From Octopus sinensis (Eukaryota), in the NCBI RefSeq assembly GCF_006345805.1, contig NC_043013.1, forward strand, positions 43,276,001-43,340,000: a DNA stretch of 64,000 bases. Direction: 5' to 3'. Shown here piece by piece: positions 40,765 through 52,847 of this stretch. Position 1 is the stretch's first letter; every line of letters begins with the position of its first letter. The notes under the pieces are model-generated. The model was not told the DNA's origin and made no database searches. It worked only from the letters and a program-made list of their open reading frames with translations. A program made the translations under genes and the position numbers.

Positions 40765-41231
40765 TATATATATACGAACAAAACGCCCCCGTTCAATGGA
40801 CGGTGCTGAGTTGTCAAGCATTTAAACCAAATTTTATCAAAACAACTTGTCCGACCGTCCCATAGGTTTCCCCTTTGAGAAACACTGATTTAACCTAAAT
40901 TTGAGACACCAGCAAAAGAAGAAATAAAGATAACTTTTTTTTTTTTCTATTCCAAAGAAAAACGATTTTATTCACGCAAATATGCAATCGAAGAGTTTAA
41001 AGTACTAGTTGCTACATCGCAACAGCTGATGTACCTGCGCGTACAAATGCACGTTCCCACAGCCTTATCGATCGCATTCTCACCTGGAATCGATTTTTGC
41101 AATTTTTTAAAGACTTATACACGCCCTGATACCGTCGGTATCTACATATCAAAATTGAGCGCAATCGGATATGAGGATGCCCGAGATCCTAGAAGACACA
41201 CAGACAGACAGAACGGATTTTATATTATATA
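40765..41231 (-). mobile_element. Helitron/HINE-like fragment
   Basis: The minus strand begins CTATATAATATAAAATCCGTTCTGTCTGTCTG. Confidence 0.35.
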
Positions 41232-41645
41232 GGCGCAGGAGTGGCTGCGTGGTAAGTAGCTTGCTAACCAACCACATGGTTCCGGGTTCAGTCCCACTGC
41301 GTGGCATCTTAGGCAAATGTCTTCTGCTATAGCCCCGGGCCGACCAATGCCTTGTGAGTGTATTTGGTAGACGGAAACTGAAAGAAGCCTGTCGTATATA
41401 TGTATATATATATATATGTATGTGTGTGGGGGGGTTGTGTGTCTGTGTTTGTCCCCCTAGCATTGCTTGACAACCGATGCTGGTGTGTTTACGTCCCCGT
41501 CACTTAGCGGATCGGCAAAAGAGACGGATAGAATAAGTACTGGGCTTACAAAGAATAAGTCCCGGGGTCGATTTGATCGACTAAAGGCGGTGCTCCAGCA
41601 TGGCCGCAGTCAAATGACTGAAACAAGTAAAAGAGTAAAAGAGAA
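41231..41645 (+). mobile_element. SINE family B (tRNA head, CORE-like ACCTTGGGCAAGTG, internal (TA)n(TG)n, AAAAGAGT tail), representative copy
   Basis: Near-identical copies at about 9905-, 13430-, 22912+, 35355-, 43657+, 46118-, 52605+, 53475+, 58550-, 62265+ and 62735-. Confidence 0.88.
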
Positions 41646-41664
41646 AGAGAGAGTATATATATAT

Positions 41665-41718
41665 ATATTCTGATAATGTCTACCACTACAACTGGTAAAC
41701 AGAAACGATCGTAAATGT
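41665..41718 (+). ncRNA. type-I hammerhead-like motif (G8A variant), sense strand of intron 6
   Basis: AUAUU-CUGAUAA-UGUCUACCA/UGGUAAACA-GAAA-CGAUCG-UA-AAUGU. Confidence 0.65.
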
Positions 41719-43306
41719 ACTATTACTACCACTTTTCTTTATTAATTAATTAAATTAATGCCTTACTAGCGCAAACGATCAACTTCTTCCTGTTATTTTT
41801 CCCTCCATTTTCTTCTTCCATATAATTTAAACTACGGTTTACCTGCTGAATTACCTGCCACCGTATATCTTTTACCAAGGCTATACCTACACAGGTAATT
41901 ACCAGGAGCGCCTTTGGATTTAACCATCCCTTAGAGGTTTAAAACACCTCTAACTTGTACCTGTATGTATATATATATATAATATCAACGGGTAATCAGA
42001 AATATTAGAAATTTCCATTACCCTTTGGTATTGTTAATTATTGATAATTTTTGGGATAATTTACGAAATGAAAAAGCTGGCATATTTATTTACTGCCGAC
42101 AGGAAGCTGCGCTTGCGCGGTAGATTTCAAAATTTGAATGTATAAGCACGGGGCATATACTGGATTGTCTCGTGTATATATATATTTAATCTAAGGTGTA
42201 CCTGCTGAAGAAGGCTTCGCTAGCAAATTTTTTTTATTGTTATAAGTCTTTCCATATTGCAAATTATTTTATCCCCACTTTCCTTTTTCCTTTCCTTTCT
42301 CCCCTTAAGCATAGTTTATATATATTCTTATTGTCTTCATTATATTACATAGTTGCACGTGTGTGTGTGTGTGTGCCCCTTTCTAAATTTCTAACCATCC
42401 ACGCAAATAACCAATCTCTAATAATATTAATATGTGATGAGTTGTGTCGTTTATAACTTTTTAAACCCAGCACAGTGAAAAATACTCCACATACTAACAA
42501 CTTATATGTTGTAGTTATTCTTTTAACTGGTTAAATTTTGTGTGATGCTTTCTTATGATTAACCAAGCATGAACCTTATAGTTACGCTGTGTTTTCATGA
42601 AAGACTATATCACATTATAGATATTTCATTTTAAAATCAATAAATTGTTTCTGCTTATATACATCCGTATGTTACGCGGCGAGGTGGTTAGTTAAAAACA
42701 AGGTAAAGTCAGCGAAAGACAAAGCGGAGAGACGCATTTATTTAAGGAGAAAGCTACAGCAAGGCAGGGGAGTAGAAAGGGAACGCTTTTATGTTATGCA
42801 ACTAAATGATTTGTCGAAGGGACAACCGAAAGCAGAGAGAGAGAGAAAAAGTGAAAAAGAAGTAGTACAAGAACGTAATAGCAGTGAGAGGTAGGGGAAA
42901 AAGTAAGCAATTTACAGGTATATAATCAAACGCGCATTCATGTATACATGGACAATAGATGATGAAATCTATAGTAGCTATTATAGCGGTGAGGTGACGC
43001 TGTTGGGCATCAGTGGAGGTATTGGCTAATGAAAGTGGGGAAGGCAAAGAGTGTAGTTTTTCATTTATGTATTCTTTTTAAATCGTCAATCCGTTAACAC
43101 GCGCTCTGCAGTGAAATTAACTGTCGTCTGCTAAATGGAACCTTTTGTATTTTTCTGTATGCATAAACATTATTTTGCTTCCCTGTATGCATGTTACACT
43201 TTGGCAATAAAACTGTATCGATTACGAAAAACTGACATTATCACGTTGTTCGTAAGACGGTCGATAAAAAAATTATTATTATTTTTATTATTATTATTAT
43301 TATTAT

Positions 43307-43618
43307 TCTATGCTTGACATTTGCTTTATATTTGTACAAGTTGGCTCCAAGTCTCACCCAGAGACCTCAAGAGACAACAGGGTTGGAAGTTCGTATTGTT
43401 GTTATGCCTAGTGTGCCATATATTTGGTTTTGAATTTAGTGTTGTACTAGTGAATGCCTAAAAAAAAAACGAAAGTTATGTTTATTTTAAAACTTGGGGT
43501 TTACATAGAAAGTATTTTGCGTAGGATATGAGCAGTTCCCATGAGCACTATCTTTTGAATTTCTGCCATTTTGGGGTTTCCTGGTATCTGAGTTAGGTAG
43601 CGATCAGTCCCTTTTGCT
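43307..43618 (-). mobile_element. short 3'-end copy of the same R4/Dong-like family
   Basis: Reverse complement matches about 28870-29195. (TAT)n on both sides. Confidence 0.88.
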
Positions 43619-43821
43619 TATTATTATTATTATTATTAATATTATTATTATTATTATAGGCGCAGGAGTGGCTGCGTGGTAAGTAGCTTGATTACCAACC
43701 ACATGGTTCCGGGTTCAATCCCACTGCGTGGCACCTTAGGCAAGTGTCTTCAACCATAGCCTCGGGCCGACCAAAGCCTTGTGAGTGGATTTGGTAGACG
43801 AAAACTAAAAAGAAGTCCGTC

Positions 43822-43879
<58 letters not shown>

Positions 43880-44479
43880 ATATATGTGTGTGTGTGTGTG
43901 GGGGTGTGTGTGTGTGTGTTCGTGTGTCTGTGTTTGTCCCCTTAGCATCGCTTGACAACCGATGCTGGTGTGTTTACGTCCCCGTAACATAGCAGTTCGG
44001 CAAAAGAGATCAATAGAATAATTACTAGGCTTACAAAGAATAACTCATGGAGTCGATTTGCTCGACTAAAGGCGGTGCTCCAGCATGGCCACAGTGAAAT
44101 GACTGAAAAAAGTAAAAGAGTGTAAAGAGAGCTCTCAAAGTAGGACTTGACAAGAGCATAACAAAGAATAATAGCTTTCAAAGATGTTCTCTCTTAAGAC
44201 TACACTTTCAGTACTACAAATGTAGGATTTTGCACTATCTCAAGGATCAAATGTTTCAGAAAATTACTGTTTATATACTTAATGGTTGACTATAAAATTC
44301 TTACCTTCTTGCTGTTTTCAAAATAACTGTGGAATTTACATAGGGACAGCTAGTACGTATTAAATAGCTTTTCTTTTTCTTCTTTTTTTTCTTTGGTTCT
44401 TGTAAACTCCTGACCTTTTATAAACATACATATACATACATACATACATACATACATACTACATACATACATACATACA

Positions 44480-44510
<31 letters not shown>

Positions 44511-44790
44511 GTGTGTATGTGTATGTGTGTGTGGAGGCGCTATGGATCAGTAGTTAGGGCAGCGGACTTGCGGTTGTAGGATCGCAGTTTCGATTCCCAG
44601 ACCGAACGTTGTGAGTACATACATACATACATACATACATACATACATACATACATACATACATAATCATTTATAGAGCAAATAAATCCTAGACAGACAA
44701 ATAGATATTAATATAAATCTCTAGGCAGCTTCAAAGGTGAAGTTATAAGCAGCAATATTATTGCGTGTATTTGTATGAGTGCATGTGTGT

Positions 44791-45085
44791 ACACGTGTGT
44801 GCATATGTGTGTATGTGTGTACACGTGTGTGCATATGTGTGTATGTGTGTACACGTGTGTGCATATGTGTGTATGTGTGTACACGTGTGTGCATATGTGT
44901 GTATGTGTGTACACGTGTGTGCATATGTGTGTATGTGTGTACACGTGTGTGCATATGTGTGTATGTGTGTACACGTGTGTGCATATGTGTGTATGTGTGT
45001 ACACGTGTGTGCATATGTGTGTATGGGTGTACACGTGTGTGCATATGTATGTATGTGTGTACACGTGTGTGCATATGTGTGTATG
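44791..45085. repeat. 30-bp minisatellite x10
   Basis: ACACGTGTGTGCATATGTGTGTATGTGTGT at exact 30-bp spacing, 44791-45061. Confidence 0.95.
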
Positions 45086-45139
45086 AATCTCCATAGCTTG
45101 TTCTCATGTTCAATACACAATTTCCTTCTTCTCCGCCAG

Positions 45140-45205
45140 GTGTACCCAGAGGGCGCTGTAATAAGTACCGGACTTTCAAAGTGTGCGAGCGTAGGAGGAT
45201 GGAGA
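45140..45205 (+). CDS. aminotransferase coding exon 7 (PLP-binding lysine)
   Basis: ctccgccag|GTG, encodes VYPEGAVISTGLSKCASVGGWR (SxSK...GWR motif). Donor |gtaagt, phases 0/0. Confidence 0.93.
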
Positions 45206-45457
45206 GTAAGTATACTGCACTAACGGGTTCGATTCCTCGTCTCCTCGACACAAGGGACTCCTTTCTTCGTTTTGGGAAACGCTTCCCCTTGGAAATTTTC
45301 TATCTCAGCTCCTCGCTTCCATTCTCTCCCTCTTCCTCTCTCGCTATACACTCACCCACATATACACACACATATCCATACACACACATACACACACACG
45401 AAGGCAACAGGTAAGATCTAGAGATACACATTACAGAAAACACGTAGTACTTAGGTC

Positions 45458-45497
<40 letters not shown>

Positions 45498-45689
45498 TGT
45501 GTGTGTGTGTGTGTGTGTGCATGTGTATCTACATGTGTATATGTATGTATATTTATATATATCAATCGTAATCGTGTTTATCTCATTCACATTCAGTATA
45601 TCTCTCTCCCTATATATATATTATGCACACAAACACACACACACACACATACACACACACATACACACACATACACACACATACATACA

Positions 45690-45720
<31 letters not shown>

Positions 45721-45794
45721 TCCAACTTAACTATATGTTTTCTTGCAGAAACGTCCCTGAGATAGTCTCCTCATTCTGTTCACTTCTCTTGCAG

Positions 45795-45908
45795 GTCGGT
45801 TACCATGTATTTCCTGATGAACTCAAAACACTGAAAGATGCCGTAGAATGTGTCGGGAGCAACACCAACTCTTGTGCCTGTACGCCAGTCCAATATGCCT
45901 TAGCTAAA
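45795..45908 (+). CDS. aminotransferase coding exon 8
   Basis: ctcttgcag|GTC, encodes VGYHVFPDELK...ACTPVQYALAK. Donor |gtaagt, phases 0/0. Confidence 0.92.
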
Positions 45909-46043
45909 GTAAGTTAGTCCTTCCTTCCTTCCTTCCTCCTCAATTATGTATACAGGCACAGCAAATTAACTTCTGCAATGAAAGTTTACCATGTACTGCA
46001 AACTGTAATCTTGTGTGTTTGAGATCTCTGAGTGCTCTTGTTA

Positions 46044-46120
<77 letters not shown>

Positions 46121-46532
46121 TCTTTTACTCTTTTACTTGTTTCAGTCATTTGCCTGTGGCCATGCTGAAGCACCGCCTTTAATCAAGCAACTCGACCCCA
46201 GGACTTATTCTTTGTAAGCCTAGTACTTATTCTATCGGTCTCTTTTGCCGAACCGCTAAGTTACGGGGACGTAAACACACCAACATCGGTTGTCAAGCAA
46301 TGCTAAGGGACAAACACAGACACACAAACACACACATGCATATATATATATATATATATACATATATACGACGGGCTTCTTTTCAGTTTCCGTCAACCAA
46401 ATCCACTCACAAGGCTTTGGTCGGCCCGAGGCTATAATAGAAGACACTTGCCCAAGGTGCCACGCAGTGAGACTGAACCCGGAACCATGTGGTTGGTAGA
46501 CAAGCTACTTACCACATAGCCACTCCTGCGCC

Positions 46533-46579
<47 letters not shown>

Positions 46580-46961
46580 TATTATTATTATTATTATTAT
46601 TATCATTATTATTATTAGTAGCATCTTCTTTCAATTCTGTTTCCATTTCTTGCCGAGTGTCTTCCCGACAACTAGAGCAGAGAAACGTACTGTATACGTT
46701 GGTAGGCCATTAAAACAAACACACCAGATTGTTCATTTACAGTCATGTGACAGAGAAAATGGGGAAGACAGAGAAAAAGGAAAAAATAGAAAAGTAAGCA
46801 AGTAAAATAAACTGGGGAAAAAGTAAATAAAAAATTTACAGCGACAGTATCCTTCTCAGTACGTGTGACGTATGCAATGCGCATGTGCACACAGCATTCG
46901 TTAAAAAGAAGGGAAGAATAAAATCTCAATGCGCACCTCAAGCAAGTTATATGATGGTCAG

Positions 46962-47197
46962 AAGGCGGCGAGCTGGCAGAATCGTTAGCACGTCGGGCGA
47001 AATGCTTTGCGGTATTTCAGCTGCCGTTACGTCGTGACTTCAAATCCCGCCGAGGTCGACTTTGCCTTTCATCCTTTCGGGGTCGATAAATTAAGTACCA
47101 GTTACGCACTGGGGGTCGATGTAATCGACTTAATCCGTTTGTCTGTCCTTGCTTGTCCCCTCTGTGTTTAGCCCCTTGTGGGTAGTAAAGAAATAGG
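46962..47197 (+). mobile_element. SINE family A (tRNA-derived head, Tx1-like tail), representative copy
   Basis: A-box TGGCAGAATCGTTAGC and B-box-like GAGTTCAAATTCC in most copies. Others at about 3862+, 4690-, 8950-9350-, 12770-, 23645-, 26640+, 34385+, 37420+, 40375-, 53258+ and 57950+. Confidence 0.85.
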
Positions 47198-48287
47198 TCA
47201 GCATACCACGTCTGACCATCATGCGGTTTTGCCGCAATTTTCTTGTTACTGATGAGAGCACAAGTGGATATGATGGCCTCTCTTTGCATCTCTAGTTCTG
47301 GGTCGATGCTTGTATATTACTAACTTCAGATAAACCCCACAAAAAATCTTTTTTTTTTTTCAATGAAAATGTTCTAAAGATCAAGCTGGCCATTTTGCTA
47401 CTCCTCGCTTTTCGGTCAACCTTCTTGGAAATGTATTATCTAGATCACTGGCTCTCAATTGGGATCCATATAACCCCTGAGGGCCCATAATAAGATTTTT
47501 CGGAGTCCAAACAAGCAAACTAGCAAATTGATGAACTTTGGTAGTATTTTAGGATCCTATTTATTGGAAGAAACAACGAGGTTTCTTTCTCTCACGCTCT
47601 GCATAGTTCAACATGTTTCCAGTCCCTGAAACCCGTCCACTCAGAGAGCACTATTGCAAATCTACTCACAAGGGTTTGGCCGGCCCGAGGCTACAGTAGC
47701 AGACACTTCCCCAAGGTGCTACGCAATGGGACTGAACCCAGGACCATGTGGTTGAGAAGCAAGGTACTTACCACACAGCCACAGCTCGGCCTAGTGAGAA
47801 ATTATTTGTCTCTTATCCACTTTTAGTGCTAAGTAGAGAGTAATTCAAAAGAGACCGATAGAATAAGTACTAGGCTTACAAAGAATAAGTCCTGGAATCG
47901 ATTTGTTCGACTAAAGGCTGTGCTCCAACATGGCCGCAGTCAATTGACTAAAACAAATAAAAGAACAAAAAAATATATTTACTTATGCATGTACATATGT
48001 ATTTATGAATGTATATACATGTATGCGTGTATATATTTATGCATGCGTGTATACATGCATTTATGAATGTACTTTATATATGTATAGACATGTTTTCTAT
48101 GTTTGAATTAATTTATGCTCTGCATATATTTACTTACGTATGTATATATATATATGTACGTATACATTTACGTACGCATGCGTGTATGTCATGTAAATAT
48201 GCATTCGTCAGTTCTCGTCATTCTCTCGCTATTATTATTATTAGCATCTTCTTTCAATTCTGTTTCCATTTCTCGCTATTTTAACAG

Positions 48288-48370
48288 ATGCTCAACTGTG
48301 AAGAAAAGTTTGACCAGTATTTAAACCATACAACTCGAATCATGGCGAAAGCAGGTGATTACGCTTACAA
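48288..48370 (+). CDS. aminotransferase coding exon 9
   Basis: ttttaacag|ATG, encodes MLNCEEKFDQYLNHTTRIMAKAGDYAY(K). Donor AA|gtgagt, phases 0/2. Confidence 0.88.
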
Positions 48371-48639
48371 GTGAGTATAGCATTTCTGTGTGTTAAAGAT
48401 CTGCAACACCGTCAGACTAAGTCTCTTCCACTTGACTTTATTAATAGAGATAGAACGGGGTAAAATCGGGAATCTATGGAAGTTTAGTATTAGTCCACCT
48501 CAGCAACAAGTAATCCGTTGTAGAATTCTATGGAGAGTTGTATCAGTGCAACTGTTGTGAATATTAAAGAGTCGGACGTTTCGGGTGTTTATTATTCGTC
48601 AAATGGTATTTCAACTTAAGAACTCTTCTAAAACTCTCC

Positions 48640-49790
48640 CAGCGTCCTTTGACGCTGTTGGATGACATGAACCTGACGCTCCAGATGTGGAGCTACTGGC
48701 CCACCAACGTTTGATTGATTTTTGCTTCTTTTGCAGCCTCTCAGTCTCTGAGAAAGGAGCCGCTCATCGTTGATGTGTTTGGCACTCTTCGATGACGGCA
48801 GCTGCATATGCCGATACAGATCTTCTGCATTGAAGCTCGCGTAGAATGTCCCTCCCTCAATATCTCTAGTTTCCGTAGTACTAGTTCAATAGAGAAGAAA
48901 CGAGGGAGGACAACCTTTATGGAACGAGCACATAACAGTAAATGGTTCGTGTAGGCAGCCATTTACCTTCACCACCGAGCTGATGTTACTGAACATTGAA
49001 GAGCTCCAACAACTGAGGAAGAGACTGAATCTGGTTGCTGTAAGAACAGCCGCCAAATACTGGTGTTCGAATCTATCGGGAGCTTTTGACCGATCTAAGT
49101 TGATTAGAGCCTCACATGTGCCAGGTTCCTTAGCCACCTTTTTCGTAATGTAGAGACTGAGTGAGAGATTGTCGCTGAAAGATCTTTTTGAGATGGTGCA
49201 TGTTCCCCAATCAGATTGCATTTGACAAGCGACAATTTCTCGGTTAATATCTTGACCAAAATCTTGAAATTTGCGTTTCGTGGAGTAATTAGCCGAAGAT
49301 TGTATAGACCTCTTTATTCGGATCCTCTCGCAGCAACGCCATCACTCCTCGTTTCATAAAACTCAAAATTCTCTCGTTATTTTGCTAGCTGCGATAGATA
49401 TCTGCCAAGAGGCTGCAAATCAAATCTGGAATATAAATGTAAAGCTCATGGGCCAGGCCATACAACCCAGACGATTTGGTCCTCGTATAGCTGGCCAGCA
49501 CTTTTAGTATTTCTGTAGCTGTTATTAGCTTTTCACTTCGACATTTCGCTTCCGTTGCAGGGAGTCATGGCGGGCAGTCGAATTAATAAAATTTATCCTG
49601 CGACCGACCCACCGCAGTCAAGCAAACTACCGCTGAAGAACCGCACATAATTTCTAGGGATTGAGTAGCATGCTGTAATCATAGCCCACCAAATACCGAA
49701 TCTTGGCTTTGTTGCCACGCTGCATCTATGCCATTGGGGCCCATAGAACGGCTTTCGCTCCCTCGTGTCTTAAATCACTCTCCTTAATAT
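48640..49790 (-). mobile_element. old degenerate Tx1/L1-clade LINE fragment
   Basis: Remnants ALINLDRSKAPDRFEHQYLAAVL and ELVLRKLEILR, plus DNA similarity to 31780-31860. Confidence 0.75.
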
Positions 49791-50525
49791 ATGAAACCTA
49801 CACAGGTTCAACATCACAAATTTGTTGTTTATGTAACCGATGATTTTAAAAGAACACTTACACTATCGCTATCTACTGGCCTACAGAATATTCTATCCAG
49901 ATATGTATATTTATCCTCACTTAAATATGAATGTTCTGTTAGAACAAACTATACTGCGGCAGCTACCATGCGATAGACTTTCATATTGGCCTTTGGTACA
50001 AAATTCATTCTTGTTAATATCGCTAGCGGAGAGATAAATTCCTGCCATCTCCAGCACCGAGACCACCAGATCACGGGATTTCGACCTTTCTCGGTGTTGT
50101 CAATGATGGACGCTCGACCGCTAGAGATAGTAGCAACTCATCTCCCCGCTAGCAGTACCAGAAAAGATGCTGGTGTCGCGATTAGCCAGTAGCTTGTTTA
50201 AAAATATGTATTAGCGATAGAGGCTGTCGTAATACTGTGAGGTAATATTTATCTCCATTTAAACGTGGCTGTCCTGTTAGAACAAACTATACGGCGGTAG
50301 TTACTACGAGAGAAACTCATGGTACGAGTAACTCAGCCGACATAGGTTTTCTGATACACGCTGTATTGTGCATAAATACTCATTTAAAAAAAAGGTATTG
50401 ATACAAAATAGAACATATCTAACTCTGTTATGTATGTGTGTTTGTTTGCTTGTTCTGTGCAGCTGTCTATTCTGTTGTTGACCAGAACATTTGAATATAA
50501 TCTGATCTTATTTTCTCTCCCACAG

Positions 50526-50679
50526 AGAACTAACAGCTGCCGGCGTTGAAGCTGTGAAGCCCTACGGAGGTTACTATTTATTCCCAGACTTTGGTATTCT
50601 GAAACCAGCTTTAGCAAAACGCGGAATCACCACTGGGAACAAGATGTGTGAAGCTATGTTCAAGGAGAAATCTATTGTA
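50526..50679 (+). CDS. aminotransferase coding exon 10
   Basis: ctcccacag|A, encodes ELTAAGVEAVKPYGGYYLFPDF...MFKEKSIV (PxGGYYLF motif). Donor |gtatgt, phases 2/0. Confidence 0.92.
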
Positions 50680-51704
50680 GTATGTTGGCTTTATTTATCA
50701 AATATGTGTATGGTTTAAAATGAGATATTTCAACAATGGTGCATGGCGTATGTTTCTTTGTGATATTCAGTACAAAGTCAAGGAATCAGCTGAGACGTTA
50801 ACGCGTCGGAGAGAATGCTTCGCATTATTTGTTCCAGCTTACTAGTCTCTAAGTTCAAGACCCTCAGAGGTCAACTTTACCTTTCATCCTTTCGGAGTGG
50901 ATAAAAATATACCAGTCTAGTATAGTAGACTGACGGAACTGTTAGAGAGGGGGGTTGGGTTTGGGATTGCGATATTTGTTTCGTCTCTTTGTGTTTTGAC
51001 AAAAATTATTGCAACAATGCCGGTGCCAAATTGTATCGAGCTTTCCCTGATCTTTCTCTTGAACAGCATCGGTAACGTATGAAAAAAATGGAATTGGCAT
51101 GCTTGGACAACTGCTAGTCTTCAACACAAACTTACACTTACCACTTTACTGTTTTTTCTTTTTTTTTTTTGACATTTCGAAGAATAACTGATAACGCCAT
51201 CGTCTCTATATAAACCGCCATATTTAAAAAGGCATCACACGTGTAACGTCTTTAATAGAAATTGCCTCAAATGGACTTTCACTTCCGCAGAGTCTTTATC
51301 ACACTAATAACCCCGTCATAATATTCTTTTTTACAATTTTTCATGTCTAAATAATTATAAACTGTGTATTTGGCTCACAATTAAAATAAACCCCCTATAA
51401 CAAAACCTGAAATTATAACCAATCCATGCATCGCATTTACCTGGGTTTTGTCACTCAGATATATTTATCAAACCCTTATAACTACAGGGAATGGAAGGAT
51501 GATGATTTGATAGTGTTCGTATTTTTCTCAAGGACATTGTCAGGATAAATGATATAGCCTTAATCACGAAGCAAATTTGGGTTGCAAATTCATTTGGCTA
51601 CTATTTTACTACTTATACTACAGTTGTCGAACCACAAGCACTGGCTTCAGTCGATGTTAAAGTAAATATAATCGATATGTCTCTGTCATCTTTCTATTTT
51701 TTAG

Positions 51705-51881
51705 TTAATGGCTGGTGGTCCAGCCTTTCTTCGTCCAGAGAGTGAGCTGACCACCAGGCTATGTTACGTCAACTTTGACGGGAAAAAGGCCTTACAGAAA
51801 AGTCGTGAAATAGGTTTAGATAAACCTCTGCCCGAAGACTTTATTAAAGAACAATGCAGTCCTTTATATCATGGTATACAG
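51705..51881 (+). CDS. aminotransferase coding exon 11
   Basis: atttttttag|TTA, encodes LMAGGPAFLRPESELTTRLCYVNFDG...YHGIQ, including the Arg expected to bind substrate carboxylate. Donor |gtaagt, phases 0/0. Confidence 0.92.
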
Positions 51882-52221
51882 GTAAGTGAGGCTATCGCCT
51901 CTCTTTTTTTCTCTTTGCAAAAGGATATCTACCTTATAACTACATACATTTTTATTGCGTTGATCGATTTAATAATTTTATACAATGAATATCAGGTACA
52001 TCGAAGGCATTTGGCCCAGAAGTTAGGCCACTACGCTCTCGATTATAAGGTGGGTTTGATTCCCGGACTAGCGGATGCATTGTGACTTTGGACAATGCAC
52101 TTTATTCCACATTATTCCAATCCACTGAACTGGCAAGAATGGCTGTTAAAACTAACAGAACGTCTGGTTAGTATCAAGTTAGCTTGGTAGCGTCAATGAA
52201 TCAATGAAATGACCAATGAAA

Positions 52222-52267
52222 TCTGTGTATCACGATTTCCAGGTTATTTCCCTTCATCAGCACAGAC
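52222..52267 (-). ncRNA. minimal type-I hammerhead-like motif with intact core
   Basis: UCUGUG-CUGAUGA-AGGGAAAUAACCUG-GAAA-UCGUGA-UA-CACAGA. Stem II is imperfect. Confidence 0.65.
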
Positions 52268-52770
52268 TAATTTATAGATGTTTATAGATACCGGTATTTT
52301 AGTCTAATGTTGCTTCAAGTGCGTATATTAATTTAATTCTGCTCTAGTTAGCTTTCGCACAAATCAGTAAATGTTTTGTTAGCCAATATCAAAAGAAACA
52401 TTTTAAGCTTGACGCGGAATTTCCGGTGTATTCGTCACTAAGGAAGCTAAATTATGTCAAAACGTCGTGTCTGGCACTCCAATAACATTCTGAGCAAAGC
52501 CCTCTGTTTCTGGCAGACAAGTCTCTTATGCAACTGCTGATGATGTATACCTTAAATGAAACACATGCGCGCATATATATATATATATATATACACTCGT
52601 ATATAGGTGCAGGCGGGCATGATTGTGTGGTAAGAAGTTTGTTTCCCAACCATATGGTTCCGGGTTCAGTCCTGTAGCACCTCCTCTCATAGCTCGGGCC
52701 GATCAAAACCTTGTGAGTGGATCTGGCAGACGGACACTGAAAGAAGCCCATCATACACACACACACACAC

Positions 52771-52847
<77 letters not shown>

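Noticed and set aside
44791-45085. CRISPR-like regular 30-bp repeat
   Set aside because: It has no spacers, the context is eukaryotic, and no cas genes are present.
51882-52085. In-frame continuation of exon 11 in the ORF track (VSEAIAS...)
   Set aside because: A strong CAG|gtaagt donor and a suitable terminal exon at 54992 explain the gene; the extension is intronic and low in information.
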